The notes below the pieces were generated by a model, which saw only the letters and a program-made list of their open reading frames with translations, searched no databases and was not told where the DNA came from. From NCBI GenBank assembly GCA_031285725.1, contig JAITVP010000120.1:1-44508 (forward strand): a DNA stretch of 44,508 nt, given 5' to 3'. Numbering within the stretch: position 1 is the first letter of the stretch; each line of letters opens with the position of its first letter. Below, piece after piece: positions 36,903 to 44,508 of the stretch. The stretch comes from Bacteroidales bacterium. GTDB lineage: Bacteria; Bacteroidota; Bacteroidia; Bacteroidales; WCHB1-69. A program made the translations under genes and the position numbers.

Positions 36903-37739
36903 ATGAATTATATCGAAGTAACTGTAACCTTCAGTCAAACTGAACCTTGGAAAGAGATATTCACCACGTTATTGGCCGACATCGGTTTTGAAAGTTTCAT
37001 GGATGGAACAGAAAATGAATTATTGGCGTATATACAAGAAAAACAATATGATGAAGATCTTTTGCGGGAAATATTAACTAACCACGCCTTCAAGGTTGAG
37101 CTATCTTACAAATCGGCGAAGATTGAGAGTCAGGATTGGAACTCCGTGTGGGAGTCTAACTACGCACCCGTAATGATTCAGGATCGGTGTTATATTCGGG
37201 CGCCATTTCACGAATCCCGGCCGGATGTGGAGTTCGAGATTGTTATTGAACCCAAAATGTCGTTCGGCACGGCCCACCACGAAACCACGTCCATGATGAT
37301 CGAGTATCTGTTGGAAACCGACGTGAAGGGGAAAAGTCTATTGGACATGGGTGCCGGTACCGGAATCTTGGCCATTCTCGCCCACAAAAAAGGCGCCTTC
37401 CCCATTGTCGCCATCGACAACGATGAGTGGGCATATCGCAACAACGTTGAAAACAACGCCAAGAACGGCATTGACGACATGACCGTGATTTTAGGCGATG
37501 CGAACGACATACCGACAGGGTCGTTTGACATCATCTTTGCCAATATCAATCGAAATATCCTCTATAACGACATCCCCTCTTATGCGGCGGTGCTGAAACC
37601 GGGCGGGCTACTTTTCCTCAGCGGATTTTATGTGGAACAAGACTTGGAAATTTTACAGGAACGTTGCCTGGAATTTGGGATTACCTATTTGGATAACAAG
37701 GAGAAAAAAAGGTGGGCGGCGGTGCGGTTTAATGGTTAA
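36903..37739 (+). CDS. prmA: Ribosomal protein L11 methyltransferase
   Basis: 278 aa. The N-terminal PrmA domain (YIEVTV...PWKEIFTTLLADIGFESF), FGTAHHETT and the SAM motif LLDMGAGTGILAI are present. Confidence 0.9.
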   Translation: MNYIEVTVTFSQTEPWKEIFTTLLADIGFESFMDGTENELLAYIQEKQYDEDLLREILTNHAFKVELSYKSAKIESQDWNSVWESNYAPVMIQDRCYIRAPFHESRPDVEFEIVIEPKMSFGTAHHETTSMMIEYLLETDVKGKSLLDMGAGTGILAILAHKKGAFPIVAIDNDEWAYRNNVENNAKNGIDDMTVILGDANDIPTGSFDIIFANINRNILYNDIPSYAAVLKPGGLLFLSGFYVEQDLEILQERCLEFGITYLDNKEKKRWAAVRFNG

Positions 37740-37786
37740 TTGTTACCTCCCCCACAAGAATTGCACGTAAATCAAAATGGCGAAGT

Positions 37787-38046
37787 ATGAATACGAAATT
37801 GACATTAAGCCTTGATGCGGATATTATTGAAGATGCGAAATCTTATGCTAAAAAAAACAGCATCAGTTTATCGAAACTCATTGAAAATTATTTGAGCTTT
37901 CTGACAAAATCTTCGATTTTGAAGATGCAATGCAATATCACACTGCATTAGACAATAGTCTTGACATTATAATAACTCGTAACAAGAAGGACTTCAAGAA
38001 ATCGGTAATTCCTGTTTTGACGGCAGGAGAATACTTGAGCCGGTAA
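37787..38046 (+). pseudogene. Decayed type II toxin-antitoxin module: 5' part of a small antitoxin joined out of frame to the last ~45 codons of a PIN-domain toxin
   Basis: The frame from the ATG at 37787 reads MNTKLTLSLDADIIEDAKSYAKKNSISLSKLIENYLSFLTK, then nonsense to a TAG at 37951. A second frame (37885-38046, no start codon) reads ...IFDFEDAMQYHTALDNSLDIIITRNKKDFKKSVIPVLTAGEYLSR*, a typical PIN/VapC C-terminus. Confidence 0.6.
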
Positions 38047-38066
38047 TTACAGAATGAAAAACAACT

Positions 38067-41000
38067 ATGAAAAAGCACCTGTTCCTTACACTTCTTTTCC
38101 TATCCGCAATATTTCTCTGCACTGCCCAGCGGGTCAATTCGTTTTCGGGGGATTTTGAACAAACGGTGACCGAGATGAAAGCGTTGTTCCAAACAGCTTC
38201 GTCTGACTATAGAAAAGAGTCGGATGCCTTGATGATCGTTTTTGAAGAGTGGTGGAAAAATCCTTTCTTGTCAGGAGAACTACAGACCGATTTCATTACA
38301 CTGGCTAACGAGATGGTAGCCAAAAAATACCGGCCGTTTCCGCAATTTAAAGCGTTCATCAACGCTTCCATTGCGTATTCGCAATTCGATCGGGCCGACC
38401 ATTTCCACGAGAAATGGAAAAATATGATTTCATATTACATCCAAAACGGCAGTAGCACCGGATTTGTCACACAAATGGAGATGTATGCGCTTGTTTTCGG
38501 GAAGAAACAATTTTCTGACAAAAAGAACAGCACATGGCGGTTTGAGGGCGATATCAAGGAGATGGGCGTGAATGAAATTCCCTTCATCAGCTTTGAAGAT
38601 GTGGATGTAATTTCATCCTATATGGAGGACAGCGTGACGATTGCGAGCACTTCCGGTATCTTTTTCCCGACCACCGGAAAATGGACGGGAAAGGGCGGCT
38701 ATATTTACTGGGATCGCACGGCATTCGGTCAGAATGTGAAGGCGCAACTTTCAGATTATGATTGGGATATTCGTTTTGCGAAAGTGGCGGCGGAGAATGC
38801 GTTGCTCTACTATCCCGATCTTTTCTCCCAGCCAATTCCCGGTGCTGTGGAGGACAAAGCCACGATTAACACGGACGAAGACAAAGCGACCTATCCGCGG
38901 TTCAAGAGCTACGAAGCTTTCCTGATCATTCCCGATATTTACGAAAACGTGGACTACCAAGGTGGCTTCACCCTACGGGGCTCCTCCATTATGGGCTCCA
39001 CGGACGGGATCACGTTGGCAAAAGTTTCGGTGAAAAAGGATGGCAAAGTTGTGGCTTCCGCACGGTCAACCTCTTTTCTTTTCAGTACCGACAACGTGCT
39101 GGCATCCGATGCGAAAATCGCCATTTATATAGAAAATGATTCGATTTACCACACGGCGGCGAATTTTAAATACACCGAAAAAACCCGCGAGTTGCTTATC
39201 TCCCGGCCCAAAAACGGCGTGGGACGAGCACCGTTCATCAACACGTATCATCGCATGGACATCTATGCGGAGGCGATTATCTGGAAGGTGGACGAAGAGC
39301 GCATTGAAATCCGTCCGATGGTGAGCGAGATGCAACAGGGTACCGCTATCTTCGAATCCCAAAACTATTTCGATCCCAATATCATGTTGCAAATGCGGGG
39401 ACAAAATGAAATTTCACCATTATATAAATTGTGGGAGTTGTTTCGCACGTACGAATATGGAACGATTCCTTTTCAACGGGTTGTGGCGCATTTTAAGAAA
39501 TCTCCCGCCGATATTAGACAACTTTTGATTGACGTGGCGGCGCAAGGTTTTATCGAATATGACACCTATAAAGATGAGGTTACCTATCGTTCCAAATTGG
39601 CACAATATCTAAACAACGATGTGGGCAAACGGGATTACGACAACATCCGTTTAGAGTCGCAAACACACTATGCCAACATTGATTTGTTGACGTTGGATAT
39701 GCGGGTGACAGGCTGCGAGTTCTTCGTGCTCAGCGATGCGCAGATTGTGAACGTTTATCCTTCCGCTGAAAAAGTGACGGTCAAGAAAAACCGCGACATG
39801 ACTTTCTCCGGTCGGGTGATTGGTGGACTTTTCGATTTCGTGACCCACAATTGTGACTTTAATTACGATCGGTTTGTGGTGGATATGGACGTCATTGATT
39901 CGCTCATCATGTATGTGGAAGATCGCAAAGGGCCGGTAAATATGTATGGCGAACATCGTTTGCAAAGAGTCACCAGCCAGATCGAGGAACTTGCGGGATC
40001 ATTGTATATCGACCAGCCCGGCAACAAATCAGGAATCGTTGATCATCCCGAATATCCCTATTTCCAGAGCCGGAAAGAGGGGAAAGTGTTCTACGACCAT
40101 CATTTCAACAACAACGGCGCATACAAAAGAGACCAATTCTATTTTTTAGTTAATCTATTCAGAATAGTGAACTTAGATAACTTTGAACCCGATTCTATGC
40201 GATTCAACGGACGGTTGGTGTCGGGTGGCATCTTTCCCGATATTCACGAAGATCTGGTTACGCGACCCGATTTCTCGTTGGGATTCGTGCACCGCACGGG
40301 ACCGTCTGGATTGCCCGCATATGGAGGAAAGGGTCATTTTACAAATATGATCGATTTGAGTAACAAAGGGCTATGGGCAAAAGGCGATATAAAATACATT
40401 ACATCGTTGACGAAATCCGACAGTTTGATCTTTTTCTTGGATCATGCGAACGGCCGGGCGAACAGTCACGTGGTCGAGGAGCAGCAGGCGGGCGTGGAAT
40501 TTCCGAAAGCCTCGGTGGAGGAGGGCTATATGCACTGGCAACCCTATAACGACCAAATGTTTATCTACACCCGTGAAACGCCGATGGCGATTTTCAACGA
40601 AATCGAACACCGGGGTTTTTCACGGCTCACTCCCTCTGGTATGTACGGCAATGGTATCTCCAAATTCAACCGCGCCGACTTGACCTCCCATAATTTCTGG
40701 TTCAAACACCATGAGTTGCTAGCCGACACCGCCAACCTCCGTATCTTCGACTTGGAGCGCAAATCGGATTTCGCCTTGACGACCGACAACTACAATTCGC
40801 ACATCGATTTCCAGACCCGCAAGGGCGTTTTCATTTCCAATGGGAATGTTTCCGAGGTGCTGTTCGTGAAGAACGAAATGCGCGCCAACGCTAACCGTTT
40901 CGACTGGGATCCGATTGACGATAACATCCTCCGGTTCAAATGGGACGACCCACACAAGGATGTGGACATTAACAACACGCCCAGCCGGGAGTTGGTGGAT

Positions 41001-42551
41001 ATGTTGAGCGAGGGTAACGAGCTGATCGCCACCAATCACGAAAAAAATCTGTTGCGCTTCAATGCGCTCAATGCCGAGTTTGATTTCGGGCGGAACATCA
41101 TCAAAGCCGATGGTGTGCGGTTCATCAACGTGGGCGATGCGGCAGTGATTCCCTATAACGGCGAAGTGACCATTTACGAAAAAGCTGATATCGAGAAATT
41201 TACCAAAGCACGGATTTTAGCGGGACGGGAAAATAAATACCACGAGCTTTACAATGCGACCGTGAAAGTAACCACCGGCACCCGTTTCCGGGGGAATGGC
41301 TACTATGATTATATGGATGAAAACGAAACCGTACAGACCATCTATTTCGATACGGTGTGGGTGATCAACAAGACGGAAGGGCATGGGAAAGTACCGCTCG
41401 CAAGCGATTTTAAACTCAGTCCTCATTTCGGATTTGATGGGCGGGTGGAGTTGCACAGCGACAAGCCGTTTATCTATTTCGTGGGTGGCGTGGAGTTCAT
41501 TAACGATTGCGACACGGTCAAACCGGCGAGATTACGCATCTTGCAAGAAGTTGATCCTAAAAACATCCTTATCGAAATACACGACCGATCCAAGGACGTA
41601 AACGACCGGAAAGCGGTGGTGGCCATCGCTTCGCGCAACCGCGATGGCCGAATCTACACCTGCTTCGGCGCCGCCAAAGACCAGTTTAATGATTCGGAAT
41701 ATATATCGGTATTTGGTTTTATAAAGTATGACAAGGACGAACACTGTTTCAAAGCGGCATCGTTAGAGAAATTAGCGGACGAGACACATCCCGGCAACAT
41801 CATCATGTTGGATGTGAAAAACTGTTTGGGCATCGGGCGAGGCGCCATTGATATGGGAGCCAAATTGGGACGGGTGGATTTTATCACCAACGGTACGATC
41901 ACCAACTTCATGCAAGCCGATTCCGCTGAAATGAACCTCATCACATCCATTGACTTTTTCTTCAACACGCAATCCATGAAGATTTTAAGCAAAATATTGG
42001 AAGATAACCAGAGCCTGAATTTCGTGAGCGTAGACGGCAATGTGGAGTATGACTTGGCCTTGATTGACATTATGGGCGAGGAGGCGTATACGAGATATAA
42101 AAAAGAATCCGCCTTGTCGGGTCGGGTGAACCGCTTGCCCAAGGAGTTGCAAGTGAAATTCTTGTTCTCCGATATCTACTTCACATGGGATAAGGACAAC
42201 TCCTCTTTCGTTTCACAGCGGTTATTGCCGGTGATCATTTGCGGGAGCACGCAGATTTTCAAAGAGGTACCGGGACGGATCGTCATTGAGAAACGGGGTT
42301 CTCGAAATCGGTTGTATATCTTCTTGGAAATCGACAACGAGTTCTTTTTCTTCCAGTTTGAAAATAGCACCATGTTTGGCTATTCTTCGGTAAAGCAATT
42401 CAACGAAGAGATCTCCAACACGAAAGGCAAGGACCGGGTGGCAAAAATGGAAGATGGGAAATCTTCTTACACCTACCGCTTGGGAAACCGCACGCAGCAC
42501 CGGAACTTTGTTCGGAAATTTTATCGGGTAGAGGAAGAAGAGGTCGAATAA
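38067..42551 (+). CDS. Very large (1494 aa) secreted hypothetical protein
   Basis: Uninterrupted ORF with signal peptide MKKHLFLTLLFLSAIFLCTAQ. I recognise no repeats, catalytic motif or T9SS tail. Confidence 0.75.
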   Translation: MKKHLFLTLLFLSAIFLCTAQRVNSFSGDFEQTVTEMKALFQTASSDYRKESDALMIVFEEWWKNPFLSGELQTDFITLANEMVAKKYRPFPQFKAFINASIAYSQFDRADHFHEKWKNMISYYIQNGSSTGFVTQMEMYALVFGKKQFSDKKNSTWRFEGDIKEMGVNEIPFISFEDVDVISSYMEDSVTIASTSGIFFPTTGKWTGKGGYIYWDRTAFGQNVKAQLSDYDWDIRFAKVAAENALLYYPDLFSQPIPGAVEDKATINTDEDKATYPRFKSYEAFLIIPDIYENVDYQGGFTLRGSSIMGSTDGITLAKVSVKKDGKVVASARSTSFLFSTDNVLASDAKIAIYIENDSIYHTAANFKYTEKTRELLISRPKNGVGRAPFINTYHRMDIYAEAIIWKVDEERIEIRPMVSEMQQGTAIFESQNYFDPNIMLQMRGQNEISPLYKLWELFRTYEYGTIPFQRVVAHFKKSPADIRQLLIDVAAQGFIEYDTYKDEVTYRSKLAQYLNNDVGKRDYDNIRLESQTHYANIDLLTLDMRVTGCEFFVLSDAQIVNVYPSAEKVTVKKNRDMTFSGRVIGGLFDFVTHNCDFNYDRFVVDMDVIDSLIMYVEDRKGPVNMYGEHRLQRVTSQIEELAGSLYIDQPGNKSGIVDHPEYPYFQSRKEGKVFYDHHFNNNGAYKRDQFYFLVNLFRIVNLDNFEPDSMRFNGRLVSGGIFPDIHEDLVTRPDFSLGFVHRTGPSGLPAYGGKGHFTNMIDLSNKGLWAKGDIKYITSLTKSDSLIFFLDHANGRANSHVVEEQQAGVEFPKASVEEGYMHWQPYNDQMFIYTRETPMAIFNEIEHRGFSRLTPSGMYGNGISKFNRADLTSHNFWFKHHELLADTANLRIFDLERKSDFALTTDNYNSHIDFQTRKGVFISNGNVSEVLFVKNEMRANANRFDWDPIDDNILRFKWDDPHKDVDINNTPSRELVDMLSEGNELIATNHEKNLLRFNALNAEFDFGRNIIKADGVRFINVGDAAVIPYNGEVTIYEKADIEKFTKARILAGRENKYHELYNATVKVTTGTRFRGNGYYDYMDENETVQTIYFDTVWVINKTEGHGKVPLASDFKLSPHFGFDGRVELHSDKPFIYFVGGVEFINDCDTVKPARLRILQEVDPKNILIEIHDRSKDVNDRKAVVAIASRNRDGRIYTCFGAAKDQFNDSEYISVFGFIKYDKDEHCFKAASLEKLADETHPGNIIMLDVKNCLGIGRGAIDMGAKLGRVDFITNGTITNFMQADSAEMNLITSIDFFFNTQSMKILSKILEDNQSLNFVSVDGNVEYDLALIDIMGEEAYTRYKKESALSGRVNRLPKELQVKFLFSDIYFTWDKDNSSFVSQRLLPVIICGSTQIFKEVPGRIVIEKRGSRNRLYIFLEIDNEFFFFQFENSTMFGYSSVKQFNEEISNTKGKDRVAKMEDGKSSYTYRLGNRTQHRNFVRKFYRVEEEEVE

Positions 42552-42567
42552 ATTAATAGACCTCTTC
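42537..42567 (+). other. 9-bp hairpin enclosing the stop codon of the 1494-aa ORF
   Basis: GAAGAGGTC-gaataaattaata-GACCTCTTC. The 3' arm is also the left inverted repeat of the element below. Confidence 0.6.
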
Positions 42568-42688
42568 GGAAAATACTTGCGGTCATTGAGCTTGTCGAAA
42601 TGACCAGGCTATCGTACCCTGAGCTTGTCGAAGGGTACGATGCGATTGTTGCGATTATTGAGCATTTCATCTATTTTCCGAAGAAGTC
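42559..42688. repeat. 130-bp element bounded by 17-bp inverted repeats (16/17 match) and containing two hairpins with identical loops
   Basis: The left arm is GACCTCTTCGGAAAATA (42559-42575). The right arm is TATTTTCCGAAGAAGTC (42672-42688). The hairpins are GGTCATT-GAGCTTGTCGA-AATGACC (42581-42605) and ATCGTACCCT-GAGCTTGTCGA-AGGGTACGAT (42611-42641). Confidence 0.85.
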
Positions 42689-42689
42689 T

Positions 42690-42720
42690 AATGACTCAAT
42701 CATGGAGTCATTATTATTTT
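42690..42720 (+). terminator. Rho-independent-type terminator
   Basis: AATGACTC-aatcatg-GAGTCATT (8-bp stem) followed by ATTATTTTT. Confidence 0.55.
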
Positions 42721-42788
42721 TCACAATTGATTATAATGAAGTTGTGATTTTTTTTCGGCATTCTTGTTATTCATTACTCATTATTCAT

Positions 42789-42796
42789 TATTTTTG
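42789..42796 (+). promoter_or_regulatory. -7 box TATTTTTG upstream of the 42896 gene
   Basis: Exact TAnnTTTG match, 99 nt before the ATG. Confidence 0.4.
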
Positions 42797-42895
42797 GCAC
42801 CTCAATTTTCTAAGGTAACTATAATATAACTACATTCAGTTGAAAAATTACAGATAAGCAAAAAAATCTATTTATAAACCAAACTAAAATTACAA

Positions 42896-44398
42896 ATGAA
42901 GAAAAAATTTATTTTTTTAATGATGTTTTGTATGATTATGTTGCATTCCAATATGTTATCAGCACAACATGCTAACGATTACCAGGTTTCGGCATCCATT
43001 GGAACCTACACACCCATTATGGGAACATTCTTAACGACCTCCACCGCAGATGATGGAGGCGCTACCCTTACATTGCCTGTCCCATTCAATTATTGTGGCT
43101 CCAATCGGTCATCACTGTACATCACCCCTAATGGTATTTTGATTTTCGATGCTACAAGTTCCTCATATGACAATGCTTTAGCCTCAGCAACACGTTGTAA
43201 TGTATTAGCTCCTTTTTGGGATGACTTGGAAGCGCTTACCACCAATAACAGCATTTCTTGGGAGTTGGATGACACGGATCCTGCCAATTCAATCTTAACC
43301 ATACAATATAAGGACGTTTTTCGTAGATCTAATAGTAGTGAATTATTAAATTTCCAAGTGAAATTGTACTATGCCACAGGAAAAATCGAATTTGTTTATG
43401 GCGCCGGATTTGACGGGATCACCGAAACAACGACCGCCTCTATCGGGATTAATAGCCGGAGGGCAAGTACTACTTATTTTGTCAGTATTACGCCCACCGG
43501 ACCCGGCACAATGACTTACTCCACCTCGACAGCAAATAATAGCATTGATGCGACGGTTGCGGCGCATATCGCTTCCGGGACGACTTACACTTTTGAACCG
43601 CCGGCATGTGTATTTCCTAATAATATGGTACTATCGGGCGTGTCTGATGATGGCGCAACGATTACCTGGGATGTAAACAACAATGCTTTGGGCTGGTTGG
43701 TTTCCTACATGGAAACCGGTGGAACTTGGAGTGACGAGGAATTTATCACGACAAACGAATACATTTGGGATGAAGGTGATTTAACTCCAAGTACGCCGTA
43801 TACATTTAGGATAGCAACGCTTTGCGATGTAATCGATACCAGTAATTACGTCGATTTGACATTTACAACCATGTGCCCCTTTATCATGACGCTGCCGTGG
43901 AGCGAAAATTTCGACACGCACGGAACGGGGGAAACCGCATTTGCGCCGTGCTGGGAAAGATACAACAATAACACTCCTTCCACCGAAAATCCATATATTA
44001 TTGATGATGAAAATGTATCCGCTCCGGGAGCCATGTATTTTTCAGACAGCAGATCCTTGACATTGGTCAGTCCGCCGTTTGAAGAAGACGTCAATCAATT
44101 GGCCGTTTCCTTTTGGCTAATGCGGGAAGGAGCGTCTTCGGGAACCTTCTCGGTGGGTTACCTGGCCACCTCCGGCGACCCTTCTTCTTTTGTGGCCATG
44201 ACCACGCTTGACATTGCCAGCGATACATGGGTGGAAAACACGATTTATTTGTCCAGCGTGCCAACTGGAGTCAAACAGTTCGCCTTCCGTCAAAATCAAG
44301 AGTCCATCTATTGGTATTATTGGTTGGATGACGTGACGGTTGATTATTTACCCGACTGTATTTTCCCGATGAACCTGACAGCAAGCGACAACAGGTAA
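42896..44398 (+). CDS. Secreted multidomain surface protein (FN3-like modules; region resembling a choice-of-anchor-J-type domain), interrupted by a frameshift
   Basis: 500-aa ORF with signal peptide MKKKFIFLMMFCMIMLHSNMLSAQ. One module reads PACVFPNNMVLSGVSDDGATITWD...WLVSY...YTFRIATLC. A WSENFDTHGTGETAFAPCWERYNN segment follows. The ORF stops just after a second module begins (PDCIFPMNLTASD). Confidence 0.7.
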   Translation: MKKKFIFLMMFCMIMLHSNMLSAQHANDYQVSASIGTYTPIMGTFLTTSTADDGGATLTLPVPFNYCGSNRSSLYITPNGILIFDATSSSYDNALASATRCNVLAPFWDDLEALTTNNSISWELDDTDPANSILTIQYKDVFRRSNSSELLNFQVKLYYATGKIEFVYGAGFDGITETTTASIGINSRRASTTYFVSITPTGPGTMTYSTSTANNSIDATVAAHIASGTTYTFEPPACVFPNNMVLSGVSDDGATITWDVNNNALGWLVSYMETGGTWSDEEFITTNEYIWDEGDLTPSTPYTFRIATLCDVIDTSNYVDLTFTTMCPFIMTLPWSENFDTHGTGETAFAPCWERYNNNTPSTENPYIIDDENVSAPGAMYFSDSRSLTLVSPPFEEDVNQLAVSFWLMREGASSGTFSVGYLATSGDPSSFVAMTTLDIASDTWVENTIYLSSVPTGVKQFAFRQNQESIYWYYWLDDVTVDYLPDCIFPMNLTASDNR

Positions 44399-44508
44399 CT
44401 CCATGACGCTTTCCTGGGATGACTTGGGATCGTCAACGCCGACATCCTGGATCGTCCGTTACACGTATAACAACCAGCCTTACGTTTACGAAGAAGTTTA
44501 TACAAATC
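44379..44508 (+). CDS. Continuation of the same surface protein in the +1 frame (runs off the window)
   Basis: The frame open from 44379 reads QQATTGNSMTLSWDDLGSSTPTSWIVRYTYNNQPYVYEEVYTN. This is the expected continuation of the FN3-like module begun in the other frame. Confidence 0.6.

Noticed and set aside
42559-42688. Invertible promoter (Bacteroidales-style shufflon) upstream of the 42896 surface-protein gene
   Set aside because: Inverted repeats are present, but the enclosed 96 bp contains no TAnnTTTG box in either orientation. A fixed promoter-like box lies outside it at 42789, and no recombinase gene is nearby. It is kept as a hairpin or MITE-like element instead.
42600-42818. 72-aa ORF (MTRLSYPELVEGYDAIV...)
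   Set aside because: It is read straight through the second palindromic hairpin, the right inverted repeat and the terminator. The ELVEG peptide is the translation of the conserved hairpin loop and its flank. It has no promoter and no protein-like features.

Overview
The window looks like a chromosomal segment of a Bacteroidota genome. Three observations support this: one large ORF ends in a T9SS (Por) C-terminal sorting domain, TAnnTTTG -7 promoter boxes sit just upstream of many starts and of both tRNAs, and there are no Shine-Dalgarno sequences. All calls come from reading the ORF track and the DNA by eye, using remembered family motifs. No homology search was run.

Most of the window is housekeeping: nfo, nspC, alaS, dgt, rpiB, ybeY, mnmG, lgt, prmA, an initiator tRNA-Met and tRNA-Arg(CCT). 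There is also a small GlcNAc-type utilisation cluster (MFS, ROK kinase, GH20 hexosaminidase). Large secreted surface-protein genes lie at both ends and at 38-42.5 kb. I found no transposase, integrase or CRISPR array.

Points worth a second look:
- A dGTPase gene is translationally coupled to an orphan minimal nucleotidyltransferase next to the initiator tRNA.
- One ~5 kb T9SS adhesin-like gene is split by a C6/G6 homopolymer, and an (AAAC)4 repeat separates it from its signal peptide.
- A third frameshift lies in another surface-protein gene at the right edge.
- A 544-bp, roughly 80% A+T gene-free gap sits exactly at a gene-orientation switch and carries DnaA-box-like 9-mers, making it a candidate oriC.
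- A 130-bp element bounded by inverted repeats carries twin hairpins with identical loops and unrelated stems.
- Several families of short intergenic tandem repeats are present.
- A decayed antitoxin/PIN toxin module is present.

I cannot show that any of these is a new system. The dGTPase-NTase pair and the repeat-controlled adhesin are the best candidates.
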